Shown in pieces: positions 32,672-41,690 of a stretch of DNA of 64,000 nt; the stretch's first letter is position 1, and every line of letters starts with the position of its first letter. The DNA is taken from IMG/VR virus record IMGVR_UViG_3300021399_000097; one strand, 5' to 3'. A program made the position numbers and the translations under genes. The DNA is from a virus (lineage: Duplodnaviria; Heunggongvirae; Uroviricota; Caudoviricetes). Under the pieces are notes generated by a model that saw only the letters and a list, made by a program, of their open reading frames with translations, ran no database searches and was not told the origin of the DNA.

Positions 32672-33225
32672 TGGCGACTCCGGTGGGCTTTGCTCCCACG
32701 ACCTCGTGCGTGACTTAAATTACAATTTTTGTAAAGTTTTCTCCGCTAAATAATCTTCTGCTTTACGTTGCGTTTTTAACCTTACATCAGTTAACCATAA
32801 TTTAGTTTCTAATGTCCCAAAAACTGGAAAAATATAAAATTGATTTTCAAATTCTGTCATAATATAATCACAATCTTCTAAAGAATAAGTTTCATGTCTC
32901 ACTCTTTGAGATTTAGAAGTATCTCTTACATCATAACGAGTTTTTACTAAAAAACTTTTTCCATCATCTTGGGACGAAGCATGTTTAACTTGTATTCTTG
33001 TAAATTTTCCGTTTCGTTCAATTACTAAGTCATACTTTTGATGGTTCCCCATAGGAATCAAAACATTGAAACCTTGTTCAACCAAAAATACTTGACATTT
33101 AAGTTCAGTAATTTGTCCGATAATAGAAGGATTTAGATTTCTATCCATGTTTTCTCCTTTCTCGGAGCCTTTACAAGTTGTTTTTCAAGACAGGCACGTA
33201 TTCTTCGTTGCTGAACTACGGAGCC
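32672..33225 (-). tRNA. tRNA-Asp(GTC) interrupted in the anticodon loop by a 477-nt insertion
   Basis: 5' half 33189-33225 (...CGTGC-CTGTC) and 3' half 32672-32711 (AC-GCACG...GCCA). Confidence 0.85.
32720..33148 (-). CDS. PD-(D/E)XK endonuclease (group I intron-associated/I-Ssp6803I-like family)
   Basis: GQITE...VLIPMG..KYDLVIE....RIQVK; strong RBS; lies inside tRNA-Asp. Confidence 0.75.
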   Translation of the reverse strand: MDRNLNPSIIGQITELKCQVFLVEQGFNVLIPMGNHQKYDLVIERNGKFTRIQVKHASSQDDGKSFLVKTRYDVRDTSKSQRVRHETYSLEDCDYIMTEFENQFYIFPVFGTLETKLWLTDVRLKTQRKAEDYLAEKTLQKL

Positions 33226-33431
33226 AATTATTTTTCTATTTCTTCCTCTTCAGCGGCAATTAAATCACCATAAAACATTTCATAATCATACCAAGAAAAG
33301 GATTCATCAATCTGTGGACCAATATCAAAATCATCAAAGTTCATTTTGATTTTTTCCTTTCTCATTTTGTATATATATTATATCATATTTTTTTTAAAAA
33401 ATCAAATGTAAGAACGGGGTAGTGACAATTT

Positions 33432-33692
33432 TTATGTTAAAGATATATCAATACCATAGCGTTTGGCAACTTCATTCTCAATATATGCTATATCGCCTGC
33501 ACTCATATCATCATCACACTGAATATCACCAAGATATCCATTGCCAATCATAGAAATAACATCTTCTACTTCCTGGGTATGTTTTGCATAAGGAGAAAAC
33601 GCACGATTTTCAATGGCATTATCTCCCCAAGCAGTTGGATTTGGTGCCCAAATATCTGTTGAGCAGAAGGGACTATCATGATAACCAAACAT
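33432..33692 (-). CDS. Hypothetical protein
   Basis: RBS and 86-aa ORF. Confidence 0.55.
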   Translation of the reverse strand: MFGYHDSPFCSTDIWAPNPTAWGDNAIENRAFSPYAKHTQEVEDVISMIGNGYLGDIQCDDDMSAGDIAYIENEVAKRYGIDISLT

Positions 33693-33811
33693 AATTAAAT
33701 ATCCTTTCCTTTTGTAAAATACCAGATGATTAAACCAGTGCTAAGACCAATAGTAATTCCATCAAGAATAAAACATACAATCGCCCACCACGGCATAGTA
33801 TCTTCCTCCTG

Positions 33812-34225
33812 TTAATAAGAATCATAAAACTCAAGATAAATATCAGGGTTTTCTTTCATAAATACTTCAATCACCGCGAGATTGATAATAGATACAATCA
33901 ACTGACTACGGATTTCATCAAAAGTCCAAATAGAGTTTCCTTCATCTTCCCATCTGTTAGGGTCAAGAAAATAACTAAGTAGTCCAATAATATCCAATAC
34001 CTGTTCTGGTTTATCAATTTCAAAAAAATATTCATCAGCAGTTGAAAAACGCTTACCAAGAATATCCAGCACACCATTCCGGATGCCCCAACACTTACGG
34101 AAATAAACAATCTCTACATCTTCATCATAATCCTTTTCAAAAGGATAAGTAATAATATCTGGAAGTATATCGCGAGTAATTTTGCGCTTATTGCTTTTTA
34201 CATAGAAGCCATTGTCAAGTCCCAT
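33812..34225 (-). CDS. Conserved phage hypothetical protein (MGLD...YFRK type)
   Basis: MGLDN..., YFRKCWG, YDSY end. Confidence 0.65.
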   Translation of the reverse strand: MGLDNGFYVKSNKRKITRDILPDIITYPFEKDYDEDVEIVYFRKCWGIRNGVLDILGKRFSTADEYFFEIDKPEQVLDIIGLLSYFLDPNRWEDEGNSIWTFDEIRSQLIVSIINLAVIEVFMKENPDIYLEFYDSY

Positions 34226-34299
34226 ATCATTTATTTCCTTTCTCATTTTCTATATATATTATACTATATTTTTTTGAAAAAATCAATAAACCGAAAATC

Positions 34300-34797
34300 T
34301 TAATCCCACAAATGCCAAAAAACTTCTTTCATTTTATCAAGTCCCTGGCGCATATCGTTATCACGTTTGTAATAAAGATCATTTGCTTCCGCAATCATAT
34401 CATCAGTATGTTCACTTTCGGCGTGAATAAGGTCACCTTGTTTTTCAATATCATTCCACCATTTATCTTCTGCTGGATGCTCATAAAAATCATTCACGTC
34501 ATTGGCACGATAAAAATAATCTGCCAATTCTTTCAAATAATTCTGCCAATCTTCAAAGTTAGGAAACTTTTCACCAGAAGGCCAGCCGTGAGTATTTTCA
34601 GCAAGATGATTTAAAGTTTGATAAAAGAGTTCAAGATAATAATTATCTAAATCCCAAGTATCAAAATCACAAAATCCACGAGTCATACGCTGATACGCCC
34701 ATTTAAATTGACGAAAGAACAATCGTGCATTACGAATCCAATTACTAGGATATTTCCAAGGACACCATTGTGTATTAAATACGTTAAGTTTATTCAT
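34300..34797 (-). CDS. Hypothetical phage protein
   Basis: QRMTRGF.D.DTWDLD...FWHLWD pattern. Confidence 0.65.
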   Translation of the reverse strand: MNKLNVFNTQWCPWKYPSNWIRNARLFFRQFKWAYQRMTRGFCDFDTWDLDNYYLELFYQTLNHLAENTHGWPSGEKFPNFEDWQNYLKELADYFYRANDVNDFYEHPAEDKWWNDIEKQGDLIHAESEHTDDMIAEANDLYYKRDNDMRQGLDKMKEVFWHLWD

Positions 34798-34930
34798 ACT
34801 TTCATTCTCCTTTTGGAAAAGAAATGCACGGCACAACCCGTGCGCGCAGAGAATTTCCCTGGAGTTTCCCGACTTTTTAGCCGTTGAGTATCAGGTGGTG
34901 GACCCCGGCATTAGGAGCCACTTTTAAAAA

Positions 34931-35125
34931 TTAATACTTAAAAACTAATTTTTGATTTACAGAAATCTTATTAGGGTCGCTAATATGATTCCATTTACAA
35001 ACATCTTCAATGGTGCAACCAAACCTTTTAGCGAGAGCTTCTATAGTATCTCCTTCTTGTACTAAATAAGGGATCTAAGTACCACCATTTACTTTTTCTA
35101 ATTCAGAATCATTAAGAGGGGTCAT
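34931..35125 (-). CDS. Single LysM-domain protein
   Basis: YLVQEGDTIEALAKRFG.TIEDV..WNHISDPNKISVNQKL; one TAG. Confidence 0.75.
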
Positions 35126-35166
35126 ATCATTATTTCTCCTTTTTAAAAAAATAGGATAATTATAAA

Positions 35167-35255
35167 CAAGATACCTAACGGATTTGAACCATTTCTAAAT
35201 TAGAATCACAAAATATCAATTTATTTAACCAAAAATAATTGCTGTAAGTATCTTT
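35167..35255 (-). ncRNA. ACAGCAA-stem RNA with a degenerate tRNA (GTG loop, T arm)
   Basis: AAGATAC/GTATCTT stem; AATGG-TTCAAAT-CCGTT. Confidence 0.7.
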
Positions 35256-35256
35256 A

Positions 35257-35343
35257 TGGTGGGCCGGGTTGGACTCGCACCAACGATGTTTCTATTGTGG
35301 GGGATTTACAGTCCCTTGCCCTCGCTACTAGGCATACCGACCC
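35257..35343 (-). tRNA. tRNA-Tyr(GTA)
   Basis: GGGA-CTGTAAA-TCCC, CCA. Confidence 0.9.
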
Positions 35344-35356
35344 ATATAAATATTTT

Positions 35357-35425
35357 CAAGATTCCATATCCTAAATATCTGCAAAAATGGCGCGGATTGT
35401 AGAAATAAATTGCTGTTAGAATCTT
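35357..35425 (-). ncRNA. ACAGCAA-stem RNA with a short payload
   Basis: AAGATTC/GAATCTT stem plus ACAGCAATT. Confidence 0.7.
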
Positions 35426-35536
35426 TGGTCGTTAGTGGATTAGTCTAACTGGGGACATTTTCTACTAATCTTCTTTCTCCACAATACCGTTTTCCCTAGG
35501 TGCGACACTCCGTGTATCATAGATTCCCAACTAACG

Positions 35537-35621
35537 TGGTACTGGATATGAGACTTGCACTCATACGCCATATGGCACTTGCTTTTGAGACAAGCGCGTC
35601 TGCTAATTCCGCCAATCCAGC
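35537..35621 (-). tRNA. tRNA-Leu(CAA)
   Basis: CTTGT-CTCAAAA-GCAAG, CCA. Confidence 0.9.
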
Positions 35622-35628
35622 ATATTAA

Positions 35629-35751
35629 CAAGGCACATTTTAGAAAAATGATTTACAGTCATTCGCGTCAACCATTGCGCCAAATTGGAACACTCCAATT
35701 GTAGGATTTGAACCTACATTCCTATTATAGGAAATTGCTGTCTGTGCCTTT
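35629..35751 (-). ncRNA. ACAGCAA-stem RNA with a complete circularly permuted tRNA(GTA)
   Basis: AAGGCAC/GTGCCTT; T arm, AATTGGA-GTGT-TCCAATT, D arm, AATGA-CTGTAAA-TCATT. Confidence 0.8.
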
Positions 35752-35760
35752 AAAAATAAA

Positions 35761-35842
35761 TGCACTTGATGGGAGTTGAACCCATAATCCTTGCGGCACA
35801 CGGTCCTTAGCCGTGCCTGTATTCCAGTTCCAGCACAAGTGC
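35761..35842 (-). tRNA. tRNA-Leu(AAG)
   Basis: CACGG-CTAAGGA-CCGTG, variable arm; CCA not encoded. Confidence 0.85.
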
Positions 35843-36090
35843 ATATGAAGCCTATTTGAGTTTCCATTCTCGTGGTCTGCTATCCCACACCTCTGCTATA
35901 TTGATGAGCTAAAGTGACCAACAACACATGAGGCACTAACATAAGGCATTATACATTTTACGCAGTTTTCCCATACCTGCAACCTTAACCTACCTGGGTC
36001 TGACGTTATACACTAGGGTCGTTTCTTGGATTTCTTTCCCACCTAGCTTCTTCCTACGGCTACTCTTTTGGAAAGGTTCATAGCAACCTT

Positions 36091-36168
36091 TGGCGGCCCA
36101 TGCTAGACTTGAACTAGCGCTGACATAGATTAACAGTCTATCGTTCTAACCAACTGGACTAATGGGCC
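36091..36168 (-). tRNA. tRNA-Asn(GTT)
   Basis: ATAGA-CTGTTAA-TCTAT, CCA. Confidence 0.93.
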
Positions 36169-36173
36169 AATTA

Positions 36174-36331
36174 CAAGACAGTGTTCCTTTATATAAACCT
36201 AGATTTCTCCTTAGCGGTAGCCTATTAAATTAGATACATAAACTTTGGCTGTTTCTCTGGCACAGACTTTTGGTCTGTTTTCTTATTTTTTTGTAAACCA
36301 TAAATTACAAAAATTGCTGCTAACTGTCTTT
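36174..36331 (-). ncRNA. CAGCAA-stem RNA with a long non-tRNA payload
   Basis: AAGACAGT/ACTGTCTT stem plus GCAGCAATT. Confidence 0.65.
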
Positions 36332-37202
36332 ATGGTATATCGGGCGTGCAGTTGGAACGGCTACTGAACTTCGCCCTCTGGTCCTTAATCACGCGCATTC
36401 CTGATAGATTGCACATCCTTCTTGACTGGGACTAACTAGTATTTAACCCCGTTGAGTTGGACCTCAAAGTGTTCTATCGTACGGACTGTATTTTCTTACA
36501 CGGCTTTTAGTGCTTGCCTACCGATATTATACAAATGTTGTTCTTCAAATAATTAGATTATAAAGACAATGCAGAGCCTGGTCGTGTCAGGATACTTCAC
36601 CCGTTTCTATATATCGACTAAGGAGCGCTACTTCCTCTGGCCTCGGGGCGTTTCTTTATAATGTAATTAAATGATACTATACATTTTGAAAGTCTAGCTG
36701 TCAACTTTCTGAAGGCTGTACGCATACTATTTCGTCTACTTCGGGCATCCCCTCACGTCTCATAGTATTCCTTTTTGTGTGAATCTTTTCATTCGGCATG
36801 CGCCAATCACCTGGCAACAAGAACGGGACTTTTTAAGGATGTCTCCTATGGTATACCTACCAGATATAAGGATTTCCACCACCAATTTTTATCGTCTCTT
36901 GGTCCTGACCGTAAGCCCTTACGTCTTACATCAAATACTTATTTTCCCGCAGGACGGTCAAGTGAAACCGCTTCATGAAGTTGAGTGTTATCCCATCTCT
37001 TACGCGGATGCTAACTACATCTAAAACGCTTACGTACTAGGGCATCTTTAGTTTCTTGTTGAAACAAGTGAGGACTAAGTAACCAATCTCAAAAGTCATC
37101 AGTTCCGATTTAACGCCGAGGGACTAAAAACACGGGCGGAAAATGTTTGATACTTTCTTAGGGGCGCTACTTCCTTTGTTTTCTCTCTCATTTTCTATAT
37201 AT

Positions 37203-37231
37203 ATTATACTATATTTTTTTTAAAAAATCAA
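37203..37231 (-). promoter_or_regulatory. sigmaA-type promoter heading the ncRNA/tRNA operon
   Basis: TTGATT-17-TATAAT. Confidence 0.75.
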
Positions 37232-37301
37232 TGTACCGTTCTTTTGTTTGAATGTAAAGAAAAATAAAATTAAATAATTACTAACTTTCGTCCAAACTTT
37301 T

Positions 37302-37598
37302 TTACAGACCAAGTTCCTGCAACATTTTCTTTACATTATCAAGCTCTTCTGATGTAATTTCAGCAGGTTTATATTCAGTTGGAGTTCCATTAGGAGTAGC
37401 TTTTGTAAAATCCATTCCATTTTCTTCTCCCATAGAAACTGGGTTTTTTGGACAGGTCATTGTAATAGCAACCTGAACCATTTCTCCATCTTCTTCTGCT
37501 TGAACATAAATCTTCTTATCAACAATACCAACAAAGTCTTTGCCAAAAGCTTTAGCAATTACATCAGTTACTTTCTCTTTAGCTACTGCTCCGCGCAT
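37302..37598 (-). CDS. Hypothetical protein
   Basis: 98-aa ORF with RBS. Confidence 0.65.
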   Translation of the reverse strand: MRGAVAKEKVTDVIAKAFGKDFVGIVDKKIYVQAEEDGEMVQVAITMTCPKNPVSMGEENGMDFTKATPNGTPTEYKPAEITSEELDNVKKMLQELGL

Positions 37599-38313
37599 AT
37601 AAATAATTCTCCTTATACTTATTCTCTATATGTATCCAATGTTCTCCTGCATATCTTTTTAACATAACTAATACTTTTTTATAAGTTTGTTTCCACCAGT
37701 CAACATATAACATCTCTAAAACGCTATGCTCATTAACATATCCAACAGATAAATTAACACCAGCTACTCCCCAATGAGGGCATATAACACTTATATCTGT
37801 ATAAGCCCCAAGCGCCGTTGTAAAACCAAAACTGTTAATATATTTCTGAAAACCACGATTGGTATTATCATAAAATACACAATCATCTTGCCCTCGTCTA
37901 TCTAACTGAATAATATATCCTAAATCAGTAAAAGGCATTGGCGTAAGCGCTAAATCTATAGCTCCGCGCAAATCAGATTCTTCATTCGTGGTAAATATAA
38001 TATGTGGACGCAACTTTGTAGTCATAACAATTTTCATTATCATGATTACTCCAGCTCTATCATCTGCGCCAAGACCTTCTTCAGCGAATAGAATATTTGA
38101 TTCTTTAATAATTCTAGCATGAAGATTTTTTCTTGTCTCTTCTGGAAATACAGTATCTAAATGTGCAGATAATGCAATAGGAATATTCCCTTCAGCATAT
38201 AAATAAGTTTCTTCCATTACAGGATGATAACCGCACATTTTCAACTCTTCATATAAAAGTATTTTTAATTCGTCTTGAGTCATAAAAAAATACTTACTGG
38301 CATTGAATGTCAT
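37579..38313 (-). CDS. M20/M28-like zinc peptidase
   Basis: AHLDTV, LGADDRAGV, NEE, DRRG, NEH motifs. Confidence 0.75.
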   Translation of the reverse strand: MTFNASKYFFMTQDELKILLYEELKMCGYHPVMEETYLYAEGNIPIALSAHLDTVFPEETRKNLHARIIKESNILFAEEGLGADDRAGVIMIMKIVMTTKLRPHIIFTTNEESDLRGAIDLALTPMPFTDLGYIIQLDRRGQDDCVFYDNTNRGFQKYINSFGFTTALGAYTDISVICPHWGVAGVNLSVGYVNEHSVLEMLYVDWWKQTYKKVLVMLKRYAGEHWIHIENKYKENYLYARSSS

Positions 38314-39083
38314 TTATTTTTAGTAATCCCTTCAAAAAGTTTTTCATTTGCTAGATGAGCTGCTGTATAACACCATTTGCAATTACTTCCCATTAAGCAC
38401 TTTTGATGACAAGTACTTCTTCTCTCTTGAAAATTATCAGGGAGTAATCTGTTATCTACATTCTTTGGCAATTCTTTTGATAACATTTCTAATTTCCCAG
38501 GCCATTTATGCTGTACTTTATAAATGCGGAATAATGCTTCTTCTGCTCTTGGATTAAGAGCGCTGCCTTTAAATTCACATATATCAATTTCTTCTAATTG
38601 ATACAAATCTTCTGGACGATACCATGCCCCAATAATTGGATTTATTGTGGATGGCGTTAATGGAACATTTGCTGTAACTCTGATATTAACATCAAATTGA
38701 TTGATATATATTAAATCATGCGCTAAAGGACCAGCAATTCTTATATCACTTACTTTTAAATTAAGGAGATGATGAAATGTTTGATAATTAAAGGCGGGCG
38801 CACTTGCGAATACTTTAATACCTAATTGAATTGCTTTGTCTATATCTGCTTCACTATCAACACATAATTTAAAATTATTCTGCCAAATGATGTTTAATTC
38901 TTTAATTTTTTCCCAATCATTATCATTTAATATTACATCTGGAGTTGTGAATAATACTAATGTAGCCTTTGAGTTAATCTCTTTTAAGTCTAATGCATTA
39001 TCTTTTTTTGCATAAGGCATAAAAACTTCATCAGCCTATCTTAAGTATTCTGTTGAAACCCACGAATCTAAACAATATTTCAA
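38310..39083 (-). CDS. Hypothetical protein with a C-terminal Cys cluster
   Basis: Start extended through a TAG; CHQKC....C..C. Confidence 0.6.
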
Positions 39084-39331
39084 AATATATCACCATCCTT
39101 TTAAATATATTATATCATATTTTTTAAATAAAGTCAATTTTAAGGAAAAATATGTTATGATTGCGGTTGACGGTATTGATAAGAAAAAATTGAAACTGAC
39201 TTTTTAATTTGGCGGGGCGGGTGTAAGGCGTGTGGGCGGCCGGAGGACGCTTATGCGTTCGCCAACTTTCAACGAAAAAACCTGCCTTATATAAGGCAGG
39301 TTTTGATTTATACTACAAAATATCTTTTAGA

Positions 39332-39754
39332 TTAGGCGAGACGATAAGCTGCTTTCCGCTTAGTCTTACCATCCTCACCCTCAACGGTGACTTCTTCCTT
39401 AACAGCCTTGCCAGCAGAGACAAGGGCAGTCAGCCGATAGCCAACCTTTGCGACAGACACATCGTCGCCCTCAATACGCTCGGTAACTTCCTCACGAGTT
39501 GCAGGCTCGTCAGTCAGAGCTGCAAGAACAACAGCCTGGAGCTCATCACCCTCAGCACGCTTAGCAGCGGCACGCTCTTTAGCTTTAGAAGCACGAGAGG
39601 TAAGTGCCTCAATCTCTTTATCGCAGAACTCTACGATACCATCAACATCAATACCCTCAACATCACCGCAGGCAGCGCACAGAGCCTTAATGGATTCAAA
39701 TCTTTCTTTCTTAGTAATCTTAACAACAGAAGTCATAATCTTTTCACCTTTCAT
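39332..39754 (-). CDS. Putative winged-helix DNA-binding protein
   Basis: Helical N-terminus; SVAKVGYRLTALV wing pattern; own promoter and terminator. Confidence 0.6.
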   Translation of the reverse strand: MKGEKIMTSVVKITKKERFESIKALCAACGDVEGIDVDGIVEFCDKEIEALTSRASKAKERAAAKRAEGDELQAVVLAALTDEPATREEVTERIEGDDVSVAKVGYRLTALVSAGKAVKEEVTVEGEDGKTKRKAAYRLA

Positions 39755-39858
39755 TTAATACATTTTTTTTAATTTTGTTTTTTCTGTCTTTCTTTATCTT
39801 ACACATATATTATACTATTTTTTTTTTAAAAAATCAATGAACCGTTTCTGTTCTATGA

Positions 39859-41601
39859 TTAAAAAGTAATATCTTCACTTGGTTCTTCTTCAGTAATAGG
39901 AGTCACTACTCCATAATCTGAATAGATTTGATTGATTTCTTCATCTTTCCAGATGCCAAACAAATCATTAAATGCTTCCATATCTTTAACATCATTAAGA
40001 GTGATGTAATTCACATAACTATGATACTTACTTTCCCAATGAGGGCCATTACTAAATATTGCATTATAAGCATCGCAATTAAAGTCATAAACGTTCAAAT
40101 ATCTACCATAATAGATGGGATGACCAGTAGAATCATAACCAAGCATCCAACGCAAAGTTTCCATGTTACGGAAAGCATGCGTTTCTTCCGTTAAATCGTC
40201 GGGGGCGCACTCTTCTTCATAGCATGATTCGCAAATAGGACTATCATAGTCACTAATCCATACCATACTACGAGTATCATAAATATAATCACCACAGCAT
40301 GCACAATAATATCCAGGGTCACAATCGTGACATACTACCATAGAAGATTCATCATCACTCAACCAAGCTCCACAACATACGCAAGTAGCCATTCCACCAT
40401 AAGGGACACACACTGTATAATTGCGGATATTATTTTTTCTATCATCTGTATAGTAGTTATCATATACATCATTATGAATAAGCCTATCCAACAGAGATTC
40501 TTTATTGATGCGCGCACGATGTTTCTGAAGTGTACCCACATCATTATACATATATTTACCTGTTTCAAATGAGAAATTAAGAGTAATTTTATCAGTTAAA
40601 TCAGTCTTATTATTCTCATTAACGTTTATTTCATCATCATCAAAATCAAGATTAAGATTATCTCTTGCCAACTCTTTAATCCACATAAGAACAGTATTAG
40701 TAAGATTTTCATCCTGATATGGATATCCTTTTATTTCACTGATGATATCATCATGAATAATAAAAAGCTCACGCCATTTTTTATTATTCCACTGATAGCC
40801 ATCACCAATATCCATTGTTTTATTCGGAGAATGAAGATAAGCAACAATTGCATAAGGAGAGTTCATGCACTCAACAGTGCCCGCACGATAATCTCCAGGA
40901 TTATGCTCATCCTCCCAATCAGAACTTATGCCCCAACGCATACAACTAGTCCAACCATTATTATTATCACTCATTGTCATATAATCCAATGGATGGATAG
41001 ACAAGCAAAGCTCTCCATCAAGGTATTTCTGATTCAGAAAAGTGGAATGCCAATTTCTAAAATCTTCAAAAATCTGTTCGTCCACTCCATATTCTTCACT
41101 CAGTTTATGAAGCAATTTCATCAACTTCATACCTTTGCAAATCTTCAGAAAATGGCCGCTTGGAAAGTTAAGTTTGTATTCATCACCTTTCCAAATATTT
41201 TCAGCAAGCCATTCAGAAGTCAGGCAAGAAGTAATTTCATATTCTAATCTTGTTGAATATCTCTGCGGCCCATGAATTGGATATAATTCAATTGGAAGTT
41301 TATGACTGACATCTTTATAGAAAGCATTATAAAAACGCCAATAAGGTTCAGATTTACTTCTTTCTCCAATAGCTTTTGACAGAGTAATAGCAATACCATT
41401 CGTGCTAATACTATATGTATATGGACGTTTAATAATTAACTGGCCACCAAAGAGGTCAATCAGCATTTGGCTTTTATTGATATCCCATTCATCAAGATTA
41501 AATTTACCTTTACTATTAGAAGTATTTAAGAAACCATAATGGTCAATATAATAAATAATTTTTTCTTTATCTTCCTGGGATAACAAATCAAATACTTTCA
41601 A
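39859..41601 (-). CDS. Large conserved phage protein with zinc-finger-like Cys repeats
   Basis: LSIHPLDYMTMS..WTSCM; CxxC repeats. Confidence 0.7.
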   Translation of the reverse strand: MKVFDLLSQEDKEKIIYYIDHYGFLNTSNSKGKFNLDEWDINKSQMLIDLFGGQLIIKRPYTYSISTNGIAITLSKAIGERSKSEPYWRFYNAFYKDVSHKLPIELYPIHGPQRYSTRLEYEITSCLTSEWLAENIWKGDEYKLNFPSGHFLKICKGMKLMKLLHKLSEEYGVDEQIFEDFRNWHSTFLNQKYLDGELCLSIHPLDYMTMSDNNNGWTSCMRWGISSDWEDEHNPGDYRAGTVECMNSPYAIVAYLHSPNKTMDIGDGYQWNNKKWRELFIIHDDIISEIKGYPYQDENLTNTVLMWIKELARDNLNLDFDDDEINVNENNKTDLTDKITLNFSFETGKYMYNDVGTLQKHRARINKESLLDRLIHNDVYDNYYTDDRKNNIRNYTVCVPYGGMATCVCCGAWLSDDESSMVVCHDCDPGYYCACCGDYIYDTRSMVWISDYDSPICESCYEEECAPDDLTEETHAFRNMETLRWMLGYDSTGHPIYYGRYLNVYDFNCDAYNAIFSNGPHWESKYHSYVNYITLNDVKDMEAFNDLFGIWKDEEINQIYSDYGVVTPITEEEPSEDITF

Positions 41602-41690
41602 AATCTAAATCCTCCATTTGATTTTTGTATATATATTATAACATATTTTTTTAAAAAAATCAAAAAAAGGTCGGTATATGATACCAACCT

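Noticed and set aside
37047..37118. Hammerhead ribozyme (minus strand TTTAGTC...CTGATGA...GAAACTAAA)
   Set aside because: The core and stem III are present, but stems I and II have mismatches next to the core, so it cannot be supported without a cleavage assay.
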